A stretch of 64,000 bases of DNA from Diplonema japonicum (GCA_964019335.1 OZ025673.1:248001-312000), one strand, 5' to 3'; shown: positions 10,137 to 21,009, numbered from the stretch's first letter. Notes: generated by a model from the sequence alone, not told the origin. Made by a program: numbers and translations.

Positions 10137-11696
10137 TCAAGCGGACCCAGCCTTCGGTGGCAGGTGTCCCGTTGTTTTGTCGTTCTTGTCGAGCGTCTTC
10201 TCCTTTTCCTCTTTTTCCTTCTCGTTGGCGACCTGCAGCTTCCGCAGTTCTTCGTTCCTTGCCACAAGCTCCAAATCGTGCCTCGACAGCATTTCCTGCC
10301 ACTTGTTCTGCCTGTACTCCGCCACCTCGTGCTCTCTCATCTTTTCCCGCTCGGAGGGCGGCGTGACCAAATCGAACTCAATAGCGTCGTTCATAGTAAT
10401 ATTCCCTGCTGGCCGCGAGGTCTTGAAGAAAGACGGTTTGGAAAGAGACGCTGATGACCCCTTGATGGACCCGTGCAGGGTGAGCGCTGTGGGAATGGCC
10501 CGGTTAATAGAGTACTTCACTATGATGAACGCGGCAGCAGCGTCCCACAGAACAGAGAAGGACAGGTACTTACCCATGACGATTAAAGGCTCCTCGCTTC
10601 TTTCGTAAAATGTATGCCCTACCAAGAAAAAAGTGCAGGCAAACTTTAACGGCGCGAGTCGTAAATTCGTGTTGGCAGCAAAACGGAGCGCAAGCTCACG
10701 GGGGTTCTCGGTCAGGTTTTTGTACAAAATATCATGCGGCTGTACTGCCAAATGTCTCCAATGCTTGGTGAAGGTCAAGAATGTCGCTCCAAACACCGCC
10801 ATTGCGATAAACCTGGAAAAAAACTGGTTCCCGTCCATTAGTTTGTGTGCGGCATTGACATCGGGGGCCAGCTTTAAAGTGGCATTGTTCAACGTCACTG
10901 AAAAACCGTTCTCTGTGATGTCGATGTCCCCGTTGGAAGATGTTATAGGGAGCCCGTTTGTCGCTTTCATCAAAGCCTTCCTCCATTGTTGGATAGATGG
11001 GTTTTCCGGGTTCACCACGGGCTTTGCATCGGGGTCCTTCTCTACATTGAAACAGTACTCTAGAGGAAATTTGACCCCCCACCAGGCAGAGTACATCACC
11101 CATGGAAACATGGTTCTTGCGTACAGAGCGCCGCCTTGTGCCCTCATTGAGGCAGAGAGCTCTAATTCACGAAATGGTTTGCACTCTTCCATCGCTGATG
11201 CGTGCATGTATTTTGTTGCATCCATCCATGCTTTCATGGCTCCTAGAACACCGTTTTTTTTTGTGTAAAACGGGCGTTCTGTTAATTCGTAATCGGTTGC
11301 TTTTATACCGCCGTTTGGCATGTATATTTTTTCGGTTTCGAGTGAATTGTCTGATTTTAGTAAGGTGCTCCAGACTCCTCCTGACGGGAAGTGGACTGCG
11401 TAAACGAAGCAGTCGCCAGTTCGTATGTCCAGGCAGGAGTACACCCGGTGGGAGGGGGACTTGTACAAGATCTTCTCGGAGAGGTACAGGTCTTCGCCCC
11501 ATCTTCTGTGGAGGGTGTTTCTCGCCAAGCCGTCGATAACGTTCTCCTTCCGTACCCCGTAGAGGTGCCACATGACGGCCCCTGTTGTGGACAATGAGGC
11601 GAATAGAAGCCCCGTTTCAAAGGTCAGACGATACAAGCGGTCGGTGGCTGTGTCCGCATTTGTTGTGAATATCTTCCGCCACCAGAATCTTGACAT
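10137..11696 (-). CDS. Hypothetical membrane protein (~519 aa), possible mitochondrial presequence
   Basis: Long ORF with ATG at 11696 after poly-A; basic/aromatic N-terminus MSRFWWRK; several hydrophobic segments; C-terminal coiled coil. Confidence 0.8.
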   Translation of the reverse strand: MSRFWWRKIFTTNADTATDRLYRLTFETGLLFASLSTTGAVMWHLYGVRKENVIDGLARNTLHRRWGEDLYLSEKILYKSPSHRVYSCLDIRTGDCFVYAVHFPSGGVWSTLLKSDNSLETEKIYMPNGGIKATDYELTERPFYTKKNGVLGAMKAWMDATKYMHASAMEECKPFRELELSASMRAQGGALYARTMFPWVMYSAWWGVKFPLEYCFNVEKDPDAKPVVNPENPSIQQWRKALMKATNGLPITSSNGDIDITENGFSVTLNNATLKLAPDVNAAHKLMDGNQFFSRFIAMAVFGATFLTFTKHWRHLAVQPHDILYKNLTENPRELALRFAANTNLRLAPLKFACTFFLVGHTFYERSEEPLIVMGKYLSFSVLWDAAAAFIIVKYSINRAIPTALTLHGSIKGSSASLSKPSFFKTSRPAGNITMNDAIEFDLVTPPSEREKMREHEVAEYRQNKWQEMLSRHDLELVARNEELRKLQVANEKEKEEKEKTLDKNDKTTGHLPPKAGSA

Positions 11697-11810
11697 TTTT
11701 TTTTTCCTTCTTTTTTTTTTTTTTTTCCTTTGTTCACAATTTGAAAGAAAACGAGGGGTAGAAAAAAAAAAAAAAAGAAAAAAAAAACTGTACACAAAAA
11801 AATAAGATAA

Positions 11811-13591
11811 CCCCTAAACGCCCGGAGCCTATCTACGGTACCCCCCCATTTTCGTTGTTGCTTTAAATACTCAAAAAAAGGGCAGCATGCAACCATAGGA
11901 AGGTGCAAGGAAAGGGTAAACGGTACTAAAACTTTCAATTCCAGGTGCCAGATTCAGATGAGAACACTTAACTATGTGTGTAAGAGGGGGATTGAAGGTG
12001 TACTTTTTATGTCCGATTTTGGGGGGTCTTGTCGTGGGGGGTCCGTGGAGTTATGGCTGGGCTAAATAGGGCAGCATTCAGCCCTATTTGGTGCCCTGAA
12101 CTCTAGGATTGAGGTCAGTCTGGAGACTTTTTGGGGCTGTGGGATGAAAAAAGCAACTTGTGAGTTTTCTTTCCAGCTGGGGTAGCATGCAAGGGTAAAA
12201 AACACGTTTTGCATAAGGGGGTTTTGCAACAGGGGCACCACGTTTGCACCTTCTTCCCGCACCCAGGAACAGCATAGAGCACCCTCCTCACCTTCGTTCC
12301 GTTCATCATGGTCTCGGAGGTGTGATTTAGGGTCAAATCGAGACGTTTTGGGTATTTCTGAGTGAGGGAATCCTCATTGCTAGCGTGTTTGCGCTTGGGG
12401 GTCGGTGACGGTGTTGGGGTGTGTGCTATCGGTTTTTGGGGCATGGGTGAGAAGCTTGCCAACAAGTTCTTCTTTGAAGCTCGGGAAGCCATAATCTTTG
12501 CCACATTCCTTGCTCTTCTTCCAGATTATGGAGGAGTTGGCAACACAGCTTTCCAGGACCCAATAAAAAACAACCATGGTCCACTTCCGGGTTTTCATAT
12601 GCCGAACTCCAGTCCCCTGGAGCTGGTCTTGCCGGTCAGGGGTCGACAGCAAACCCTTAGGAGTCGACAGTACGCATGACTAGGTCCTGTGTTGTGGACT
12701 TCTTGCTGAAAATGTTGAAATTCGCCAGGTAACCGTTTTATGAGTCGCATGTAGCGATTACCTTGATGCCCACCGAGTTGCTTTTTCGTGGTGCCATGAC
12801 TTTTATTGTTGTCGGGATAACACTGTCGTCAACAGACAACCACTTGCCAGGGGTCCGCACAGTCCTACACCGGTTGACAATGATGTCAAGAAACCTGCGC
12901 ATGAGGTGCAGTTTCAGGCCTTCCAAATGTTTTCCAGGTTGTCAAAGGTGAGGTAGCGCTGTATGTCAACGAATCGGTTTGCTCATTTTCTCAAAAGCCG
13001 GGATGGTTAAATTAGAATTTGTTGTCCAGTAGCTCTTCATGTTCGGTGCCGAGCGTAAACCCATTAACAGGACCAACCCAAGCCAAATTTTGTACTCTGG
13101 GATGGAAAGATTCAGATCCCGCTGTTTTTTTGAACCGAAACGACCGTTCGTGGAAGAAACTATGAGCTCAAGTACCGCGTGTGTAAAAAAAAAGATTAAA
13201 AACACCCTCCTCATTGGTCGCTTCACCTAGAGGTGTCCTAAGCCCACCTTTTTACGGAAATGATATGTTTCGGGCCTTTGGGAGTATTTCTCCCACCCAA
13301 GCATCGTTTCCGGCCCCTCTTTGACCGCCTCATCGTCTTTTTCTTCTTTTTCTGACCAGTCGGGGGAGACTCACGTTTTCGCTGCTATTTTGACCATCTG
13401 ATTTCATTTTAAGCCAACCCTGCCGGTTTCAATAAAAACAAAACTTTTAACACAAAATGTAGTTCCAAGACAAAATAAACCGCGCAACAATGCCATATTT
13501 TGAAGTCCAGGGGCCGTGTTCAAAAAAAAGTACTTAGCGAAAAAGCAAATTTTGAAATAAGGACAAAAACGTCCGCGCGGGCGTTTAGGGG
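11811..13591 (-). mobile_element. Degenerate piggyBac DNA transposon (1781 bp)
   Basis: 14-bp TIRs CCCCTAAACGCCCG (11811) and CGGGCGTTTAGGGG (ends 13591); TTAA at 13592-95 and ATAA at 11807-10 (decayed TSD); internal transposase remnants. Confidence 0.93.
12115..13407 (-). pseudogene. piggyBac (DDE_Tnp_1_7, PGBD-like) transposase pseudogene
   Basis: Fragments in shifting frames: acidic N-terminus from ATG 13407, FFTHAVLELIVSSTN, WLGLVLLMGL...KSYWTT, PGKWLSVDDSVIP (first catalytic D region), DRQDQL...KTRKWTMVVFYWVLESCVANS, and C-terminal Cys-rich GCGKKVQTWCPCCKTPLCKTCFLPLH. Contains stops and frameshifts; the central DNxF region appears deleted. Confidence 0.9.
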
Positions 13592-13616
13592 TTAATAAAA
13601 AAAAAAAAAATCGTTT

Positions 13617-13982
13617 TTAGTATTTTTCTATCAGTTTTTTTCTATTGGGGGTTTTTGTGTTGTCGACTACGTCCCACGGTGCCACTGGTGAGCACGCCAT
13701 TCGCTGGCTGCTCTCGAAGTGATTTTTTTTTACTGTGTGGCGTCGCTGTGGGGACCGGCTAGAAGGGGGTCGGGCAAAGGCCGTCGATGCTGAGGCCACA
13801 GAGGTGCGGTGTTGTTGTTGTTGTTGTTGTGGATAATAACAGTCTTCCTGCAAAACTTCTCTTCTGAAGCCGTCTTCTGGGACCCTCCAACCACACTTCA
13901 TACAAAACACAGCCTCCCCACCACCATACCACCTGCTGCCGCATTTTCCACAGAAGTTGGGGGCGTCTCGCATTCGCTCCAT
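13617..13982 (-). CDS. Small zinc-ribbon protein
   Basis: Two CxxC motifs (PNFCGKCGS, FCMKCGW), a poly-Q run, and a candidate acceptor TTTTCAG shortly upstream of the ATG. Confidence 0.7.
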   Translation of the reverse strand: MERMRDAPNFCGKCGSRWYGGGEAVFCMKCGWRVPEDGFRREVLQEDCYYPQQQQQQHRTSVASASTAFARPPSSRSPQRRHTVKKNHFESSQRMACSPVAPWDVVDNTKTPNRKKLIEKY

Positions 13983-14189
13983 TATTTTCTCTCACCCCCT
14001 CCAACCCCTGAAAATTATATATTCTTAAAATAATACAACAGAAAAAAAAAAATAAAATAAGGGGGTCTAAAAAAATATAATAAAAAAAATAAAAATAAAA
14101 AACGTGGATGTAACACAACGAAAACGCACTCTCTTTTTTTTTTTTTATATTTTTTTTTTGAAAATTACCCCCTTTTTTCTATTTGTCTT

Positions 14190-15635
14190 TTAAACACCAA
14201 CAAATACGACGAAAAAAGCAGCGGTGAGGAGGAAGAACACGATCGCGATGGGAACCCACCAACCAGGGCCTCCCTTGTAGTACCACAGGGAGAGCGTGGA
14301 GGGGGAGACACCAAGAGAGTAGGCTATGAGAACAAGCTGGTTGACAACCGTGATTTTAACACATCCATGCTTGGTCCACCGTCTTGAAGAGGTCACAACA
14401 AACTGCTGCGCGGTCACAATATGCCCCGCAGCTCGGAGACGCGAGGTCAGCTCCAGGTCTTCAAGAAGAGGGTAATCCTCGCGAACACCCCCTATCCTTT
14501 CGAGAACATGCTTGGCGACAAAAATCGACTGATCGCCATAAGGGATCTCCCTGTGAACAGACCTGGCATTGGCACCCTTTACAACAATATTTAACATGCA
14601 AGTTGAAGTATCCAAAGCAAGACGGAAAGCGCCTCCCGAAACGCCAGGGGTTCGGATAATCCCGACAACAGTTTCATCAAAACCATCTGGGAGGACAGTG
14701 TCGGCGTGGACCATCATGACTATGTCGCAGTCGGTCGCCCTGATGCCTGTTGAGATCTGAAGCCCGCGGCCTTTACCGGACGATACGAATTTAATAGGGA
14801 TCGAATCGTGGTTTTTCTGGAGGGTTGCTACTGTTGCTGGTGTGTCGTCTGATGACCCGCCGTCGGAAAATGTAATGATTAAGTTTTCCGGGTGCGCTGC
14901 TGCAGATATCCACCTCGGAACCCGTTCTGCTAGGTTGCCTGCTTCGTTGAGTGTTGGTACTATGATACCGATTTTCGGGGATTTCAAACATCTTATCGAC
15001 ACACCCGTTGCTTTGGAAAAAACGTCCAGTTCTTGAATGGTATCGACGTCAGATAAAAGGTTTCCGATGAGCTTGCATTGCACGCCAGCGTTGCTTGCTG
15101 CTTGGAGCTGTTCATCACAAACTGTTTCGGTCCCCCAGTTGATGTTCGGAATTGTGTTTGTGAAGAGTTTTTCTATGGTTTCCGGTGTGTGGGTTGACAG
15201 GCCTACTAGAACGTACCCGCCATCTAAAGCGCCTTGAATAACCATTGGGGAGTGTTCTAACTCGTTGAAAGCATTTTCGATGATAGTTTGATCGATGTCT
15301 GGGATGTCAGCTCCGACTACAATGACCTTGCCTGCGCCTTCAGAGAAGGCGGATACGAAGGCTGCCGTGATTTTTTCGCCCAGGCCGCCAGGAGCCTGTT
15401 CTTTTAGCGTCACGGTGCTGGTGCGGTCCATCCAGTATTTCATTTTTTCTAAGTCGCCCCCCGCGTACCACAGCTCGACGCTTGCGGCTATGTTGCTTGT
15501 TTCTCTTAAGAGCTTTTCTGTCATTGTTGTCTGGCAGTAGGCCGCGCCACCGTCCCCGACAGCTGGAATTAATCTAGTTTTTGCTTTGCCTGGCACAGGG
15601 TACCTGCTGAACAGCGCTACTCGGTTGTCGGACAT
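14190..15635 (-). CDS. Fusion of TIGR04282-like (DUF2064/CofC-like) transferase and TIGR04283-like GT2 glycosyltransferase (arsenosugar-biosynthesis-associated families), with C-terminal TM anchor
   Basis: N-half: FSRYPVPGKAKTRLIPAVG, QAPGGLGEKI, VIVVGADIP, GALDGGYVLVGL, LSDVDT. C-half: IIVPTLNEA, DGGSSDDT, GRGLQ, VHADT, IPYGDQSIFV, PLLEDLEL, VVTSSRRW, LGVSPSTLSLWY. Hydrophobic tail; intronless. Confidence 0.88.
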   Translation of the reverse strand: MSDNRVALFSRYPVPGKAKTRLIPAVGDGGAAYCQTTMTEKLLRETSNIAASVELWYAGGDLEKMKYWMDRTSTVTLKEQAPGGLGEKITAAFVSAFSEGAGKVIVVGADIPDIDQTIIENAFNELEHSPMVIQGALDGGYVLVGLSTHTPETIEKLFTNTIPNINWGTETVCDEQLQAASNAGVQCKLIGNLLSDVDTIQELDVFSKATGVSIRCLKSPKIGIIVPTLNEAGNLAERVPRWISAAAHPENLIITFSDGGSSDDTPATVATLQKNHDSIPIKFVSSGKGRGLQISTGIRATDCDIVMMVHADTVLPDGFDETVVGIIRTPGVSGGAFRLALDTSTCMLNIVVKGANARSVHREIPYGDQSIFVAKHVLERIGGVREDYPLLEDLELTSRLRAAGHIVTAQQFVVTSSRRWTKHGCVKITVVNQLVLIAYSLGVSPSTLSLWYYKGGPGWWVPIAIVFFLLTAAFFVVFVGV

Positions 15636-16904
15636 TTTTTTTTTTTTTTTCCTTCCTTAAAAGAAAAAAAAATTATTGGGACATTTTGACGAACAAAGAG
15701 AAAAAAAAAATCATAAACCGAAACAGACAGGATAAAAAAAAAGGGGGGGTGATATGGGTGGGGAACTGGGAGGGGAGGGGGGGGGGGGGGGGGGGGTCAT
15801 TACTTTACTTTTTTCTTTTTTTTTTATAGAAGGCTTCCGCACTCTTTTTTTTTTTATTTGTTGGAAAATCCTGTTTTTTTTTTTTGGGTAATTTCGTGGC
15901 CGTGCTGCCCAGTTGAAGTGTTTTTTTTTTTTTTCTTCTTATTTTCTTTTTAAAAATCAGATCTTTTTGAAACATTTTTTTTTTTTTTTTGGGCCATACC
16001 TATATTAGATGGGAACGAAAAAAAAAAGTCAACTACTTTTTTCTTCTCATTTTTTGCGCCGTGTGGTTCCTCATTTTCTCTTTTTTTTTTTTTTGACCTT
16101 GCTTTCGCCTCGGGTCAAAAAAAATATACAACCACCTGGTGCAAATAAAAAGCACTTTTTTCTGTCATAAACTATGGCATAAGGGGTGGGGTGGGGGGGG
16201 GGGGGGGGGGTATCGAAGGTGAGACAAAAACGTTTTCTTTTTAGTTTTGCGAAAAAGAAACTGCATTCTAAAGGGCTCTTGACCACATATTCCCATCCAC
16301 AATACCCAACGGTGAGGGAGGGTAATTTTTTTTGGGTCTTGACAACTTTAGAGTGCATTCTTTTTTCGCAAAACTAAACTAAGAAAAAAGAGGGGGACAC
16401 GTTTGCCTCACTTTTAACGGGGGGGTGCTTGAGGAGAAAACGGCAACTGGGGACGGTTTGGGGTAAGTAGAGTAGACTTTGGTTTTTTTCTTTTTGTTCT
16501 CTCTCTTTTTTTTTGTTTTTTTTTATTTTTATTTTTATTTTTTGTTCTTTTTTGTTCTCACCACAGTGCCATTTTGGTATTTTCTTTTTTTTTTTGGGAT
16601 TGCATCAAAAAAAAAAAATATTTCGATCAGAAAGGAATTTTATCGATAAGATCTTTTTTTTTTTTTTCTTTTTTTTTTTTTTTGTATGTGTCACCTCGCC
16701 ACTTCCCCAGGGACAAAAATTATTATCTTTTTCATTTATTATTTGAAACCTGTCCCATTATATCAGCAAGGGGGCCGCATGATCAGGACACCGCTTGTGT
16801 CACTCAAGGCGCTAGACAAGCCAACCGTAAGTTGAAGTTCATAGACCCAGTTAAAAATGCCATCATGCAATTTAAAATAGAGCGAAAAAGAGAAGAGAAA
16901 AAAA

Positions 16905-16945
16905 AATTCACTATGATAGGAACGAAGTGGTTAGTAACGGCCCGC
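16905..16945. repeat. Dispersed 41-bp repeat family B, copy 1
   Basis: AATTCACTATGATAGGAACGAAGTGGTTAGTAACGGCCCGC; 39/41 identical to 42425-42465. Confidence 0.85.
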
Positions 16946-18748
16946 CAAAAAATGTTGTCGAATTTTTTTATAAAAAAAAATGAAAGCAGAAAGGAAAAGA
17001 AAAAAAAAAACAATTAAAAAAAAAGGGGGTAAATTTCAGCCCCCCAAAAACTGAGGCCTCCCTCTTTTTTTTTTTTCTTCCCCCTCTTTTAATCTTTTCT
17101 TTTTCTCTTTACAATCGCACTTGGCTCCACCTCCCATTGCGGGAGGGGATTACATAAAGGATCAGAGAATATCGCAACAGTTTCTTTTTTTTTTTTTAAT
17201 CTCCTTCTTTTGAAAAGCATGCATTACGATAGGCTAAGTTCGTGCTTCTTTTTTTTTTTTTTTTTAAAAACCCTCGCCACCTCAACAAAAAACACAAAAA
17301 ACCAACTTTTTGTGAACGGTGCTACCTTACGAAAAAAAAGTACAGAAATAGACCCCTTCCTTCTTTCTTGTTTGATTGTGTTCCCCCCCAGGAATCTACC
17401 TCCCTTTTAAGTATCGAAGCGTGGGCAGCAAACACACGGCAACTAGCAGGCATATTTAATGCACCCCTTCCCCCTCCCACCTATATTCTCAATACTCTTA
17501 TATACTAACTCTTTCTACTGCTCAAAAACAAAAAATGGGGGGGGGGCAACCAGTTTACATAAGACTTGACAAACCTTTTTTGTTTTGATTTTGAGAGACC
17601 AACTGGGAAAGAGGGTGGGGGGAGAAAAAAATCTGAAGGGGGAAAAAAAAAAGGGGGGAGGCTAAAACGAGCGTGGGACCTGCCCAACCCTGGAAGGTAG
17701 AAACAAGGGGATTGAGTCATGATGATAGGGAGGTGGCAACGTGTCATACAGGCTACATCCTTCTCGTTTTTCTCTTTTTTTTTTTTTTAATTTTTTTTTT
17801 GTTCCAGAGTTACATGTATGACAAAAGGAAAAGAAAGAAGGAAAATACAAGAAGAAGGAGAAAAAAAAAAGAGCCGGTAACTTGTTGTTTGTGCACAGCC
17901 GGGGGTTAACCTGTAGAAGGATAAGCCCAACAATGCTACCACTACTCTTTTTAGCACTAACAAAAAAAAAAAAAAACAGTGCTTTCGAAACGGTAAGGAA
18001 TCCCTTTGGCGCAATTCTTCACCCCCCCCCCATTTCTTTTTTTTCTTTGTTTTTTATTTTCTTTCTTTTAAAAAAAAAAAATAGCAACAGCGCCACTCCC
18101 AGAGCGGCAACACGAATCGAGAAATAGAATTCACCTAAAAAAGGCACGTTTAACTCTTTCTAACGAAACCGAAAAGCTAATCACAAATCGATTCCGCCTT
18201 GTTCTATAGAGAGGCATCCTTTCGGTAAAAAAAGGACAAAAAGAGGGCGAGAAATTTGCTTCGTGTTTTCTTTCTTCTTCTATATATATATCTATGTGAA
18301 AAGAAGGGTGGGGGAGGTGGGGAAACAACAAATACCCCCCTTTTTTTTCTTTCAAGATGCATAATCTTTGTTCTTCTTCTTCTTTTGTTTTTTTTTTGTA
18401 CCCTCCTGGAGTACCTTGATGTTTAGAATACTAGTATTAGAAAAGAAAAACACATTCTTTTTTTTTTCTTCTTTCTTTGATCTGAATAATAGCAAGTCAT
18501 CTATTGGGGGGGAACTGAAAAAAAATTCCCTCTTCCTCCAAGAAGCTGAAAAAAAAAAAAAAAAGAAAGGAAGAAAAAGCACACACTGTAAACTAAGAAA
18601 CCAAATCACTGGGAGAAACATTACCCCCAGAGGAGAAAAGAAGAAGAGAAAAAAAAGATTTCACTCCTTAAAAATAAGCCTCTTTTCTGCTTTGATAAGC
18701 AATTTGAAACAGCGAAAGGCAAATGCCAAACGGCACGATTCACAAAAG

Positions 18749-18781
<33 letters not shown>

Positions 18782-19035
18782 AATTTTCATATAAAAGATT
18801 TTCGCAAAAAATTTTCTCGGACTCTTTTTTTTTTTTTTTTGCAAGCGCACTCTAATATTTTCTTTGGTTTACAGCAGTACCCCCCCCCCCCCCCCCCCCC
18901 CCTCCATAAAAAAGGCAAAGAGCAAACGATCCTTTTTTTTTTTTTTACCATTTACTTTCAAAAGTAACAATATAAGGGAATGTGAGTGAATAGGGATGGG
19001 ATGGGGGGTGGGGGGGGAGAAAACTCAAAAAAACT

Positions 19036-20793
19036 TCATTGCTTTTTCCCTTCCTTCCCTTTCTGCCAAGCATCATTAACGAAACATCTAGCATTCCCCG
19101 TGAACGGAGACGGCAAAGGAACAGGCGGAGGCCTCACCTGATACCCCTCAAGTGTGTCATCAGCGGGTGTTTGAAGCAACATGGCCGCATGTTCCTGCAA
19201 CGAGAGGTGCTGATAAGGTAACATTCTCGACGCCTTCAACTGCTCGTACCTCCAAAGTGCCTGCTCGCACGTTAATTCCTTTTGTTCAGTGGTTTGCCAC
19301 GTTGCAGCAAGACCCTCAGCGACAACAGATTGCCTTCGAAGCCCTCCTCGCGGGCGCTTCTCAGGAGCAGCGGTATCAACAAGCACAGCAGGGAGGGAAG
19401 CACGTTTTTTAGCAAGAATAGCGGAAAGAGATTTCCGTTCTTCATCCTCAAGAAGCGGGAAGGTAGCACGTTTTTTTAAAGGCTCAAGTTTGACAGAAGT
19501 TCCAGAAGAACCACCAGATGTAGGAGGCGATTTGGGAGAAGGCAGGTCGTCCAACGAAGGCGGCGACGCCAAATCTATATTCACAGCTACAGAATGCTGT
19601 GGAGACGCGTTGCTATTCGTCGTCGCGTTTCGTTTTAAAGCAGGTTTTAAAGCTGGCGACGCGGCATAACTGCTCCACTCCGTGGTATCCGTTGCGACAA
19701 TGCTGCTTCGTTTCAACGCTGGCTTCAACGCTGGTGATGCCACACTTACAATATGAAAATCAACCTCATCATCATCATCATCATCAACAATTTGCTGATG
19801 TATTTTCACTTCATTCAGAATCGGCCGGTTTACAGGCGTGCAAGGAGGCGAAGGAGCAGGTGGTGAAGGAGGCGGTGTTTTCGGCGGTTCATACCGACGT
19901 AAATTCCCCGGTCTTGGAGCCGACACACTGCCCCGCCTTGCCCGCACCCCACCTACCCATGACTTCGATTTCGTATCGTACATTGCAAGTTTTTTCCACC
20001 GATCTGTCACACCGTACAAAAAACCATGTGAGTAAAGCAGTGGTGAGAGCACTAACGGAGACTCGGAGTGACTCCATTTCGACACGGAGCCTTTTGGTGA
20101 GAGGTCTGTTTCACGAAGACCGTTTTTCTCGTACAAGCAGATTCGCTTCGAGACGGAATTTTCAGATTGAAACGCGGTGAAGGAGAAACCCCCACCGACA
20201 CATTCTACCCTTGATACGGTTCGCCATGCCTTGGTGGAAAGGGTCAGGGTGAAGATTTCGGTGTTGGGAGTGAGATGTTGTGTTCCTGCGAGATGGCCTC
20301 CACCGACGATAATGGTGTTCCCAACAAGCGTCATAGTGTGGTTTAAGAGCAGCGGTGATACACCTGTCGTTGCGAAAATCTTTTTTTCACGGTTGTTAAA
20401 ATCGATTTGGTAAACTAATGGGCTTGGTAAGACGTCGGTGTCGCTGACTTCTGCTCCTCCGTGGATGTAGCAACAATCTCCTTTTATACAGCCGGCAAAA
20501 TCTTGGAGTTGTTTGTTTTCTTCTCGTAAACCGTAGCCTGCTGTATCGCAGAGGACTTCTGCTACTCCTTCCAGCCGTTTCCAAGCATCGTCTTTTGAGG
20601 AGTACAATGCGACTCCGAGACCAGATTCTATTGAAACTAGTTTTCGGCCCCAGCCGACCACTATCTCGAGCGCATTGCTTCCCTTCCAAGGAATGACCTT
20701 GGTCTCGGCCCCGTTCTCCGTGAAACAGTAGATCTCGTTGCTGTTATCTCGCACAAAGCACAGGTACTTACCCCATTGCGCTGCCGAGGGCAT
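19036..20793 (-). CDS. Kelch-repeat protein with low-complexity Pro/Ser-rich C-terminal half
   Basis: CYIHGG, NHTMTLVGNTIIVGGG, IFTLTLSTKAW and MYDTKSKSW are kelch-like blades; Pro-rich tail. Confidence 0.8.
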   Translation of the reverse strand: MPSAAQWGKYLCFVRDNSNEIYCFTENGAETKVIPWKGSNALEIVVGWGRKLVSIESGLGVALYSSKDDAWKRLEGVAEVLCDTAGYGLREENKQLQDFAGCIKGDCCYIHGGAEVSDTDVLPSPLVYQIDFNNREKKIFATTGVSPLLLNHTMTLVGNTIIVGGGHLAGTQHLTPNTEIFTLTLSTKAWRTVSRVECVGGGFSFTAFQSENSVSKRICLYEKNGLRETDLSPKGSVSKWSHSESPLVLSPLLYSHGFLYGVTDRWKKLAMYDTKSKSWVGGVRARRGSVSAPRPGNLRRYEPPKTPPPSPPAPSPPCTPVNRPILNEVKIHQQIVDDDDDDEVDFHIVSVASPALKPALKRSSIVATDTTEWSSYAASPALKPALKRNATTNSNASPQHSVAVNIDLASPPSLDDLPSPKSPPTSGGSSGTSVKLEPLKKRATFPLLEDEERKSLSAILAKKRASLPAVLVDTAAPEKRPRGGLRRQSVVAEGLAATWQTTEQKELTCEQALWRYEQLKASRMLPYQHLSLQEHAAMLLQTPADDTLEGYQVRPPPVPLPSPFTGNARCFVNDAWQKGKEGKKQ

Positions 20794-21009
20794 TTAATAC
20801 CATCTGGGGGAAAGAGGAAATGTGTTTTTTTTTTGTTGTTGTTATTGTTGTCTCCTTATTATCTTTTGTGTTTATTAAAAAAAAGAAAAGAAGAAAAAAA
20901 AAAAAAAACAAGAAAAAAAATAAGTGCGCCGAAGGGGAGGATTGAGGAGCAGAGGGAAACGGGGAGAAAAAAAAAAAAAAAAAAAAAGATCAGGGGCATA
21001 TAAATTTAA

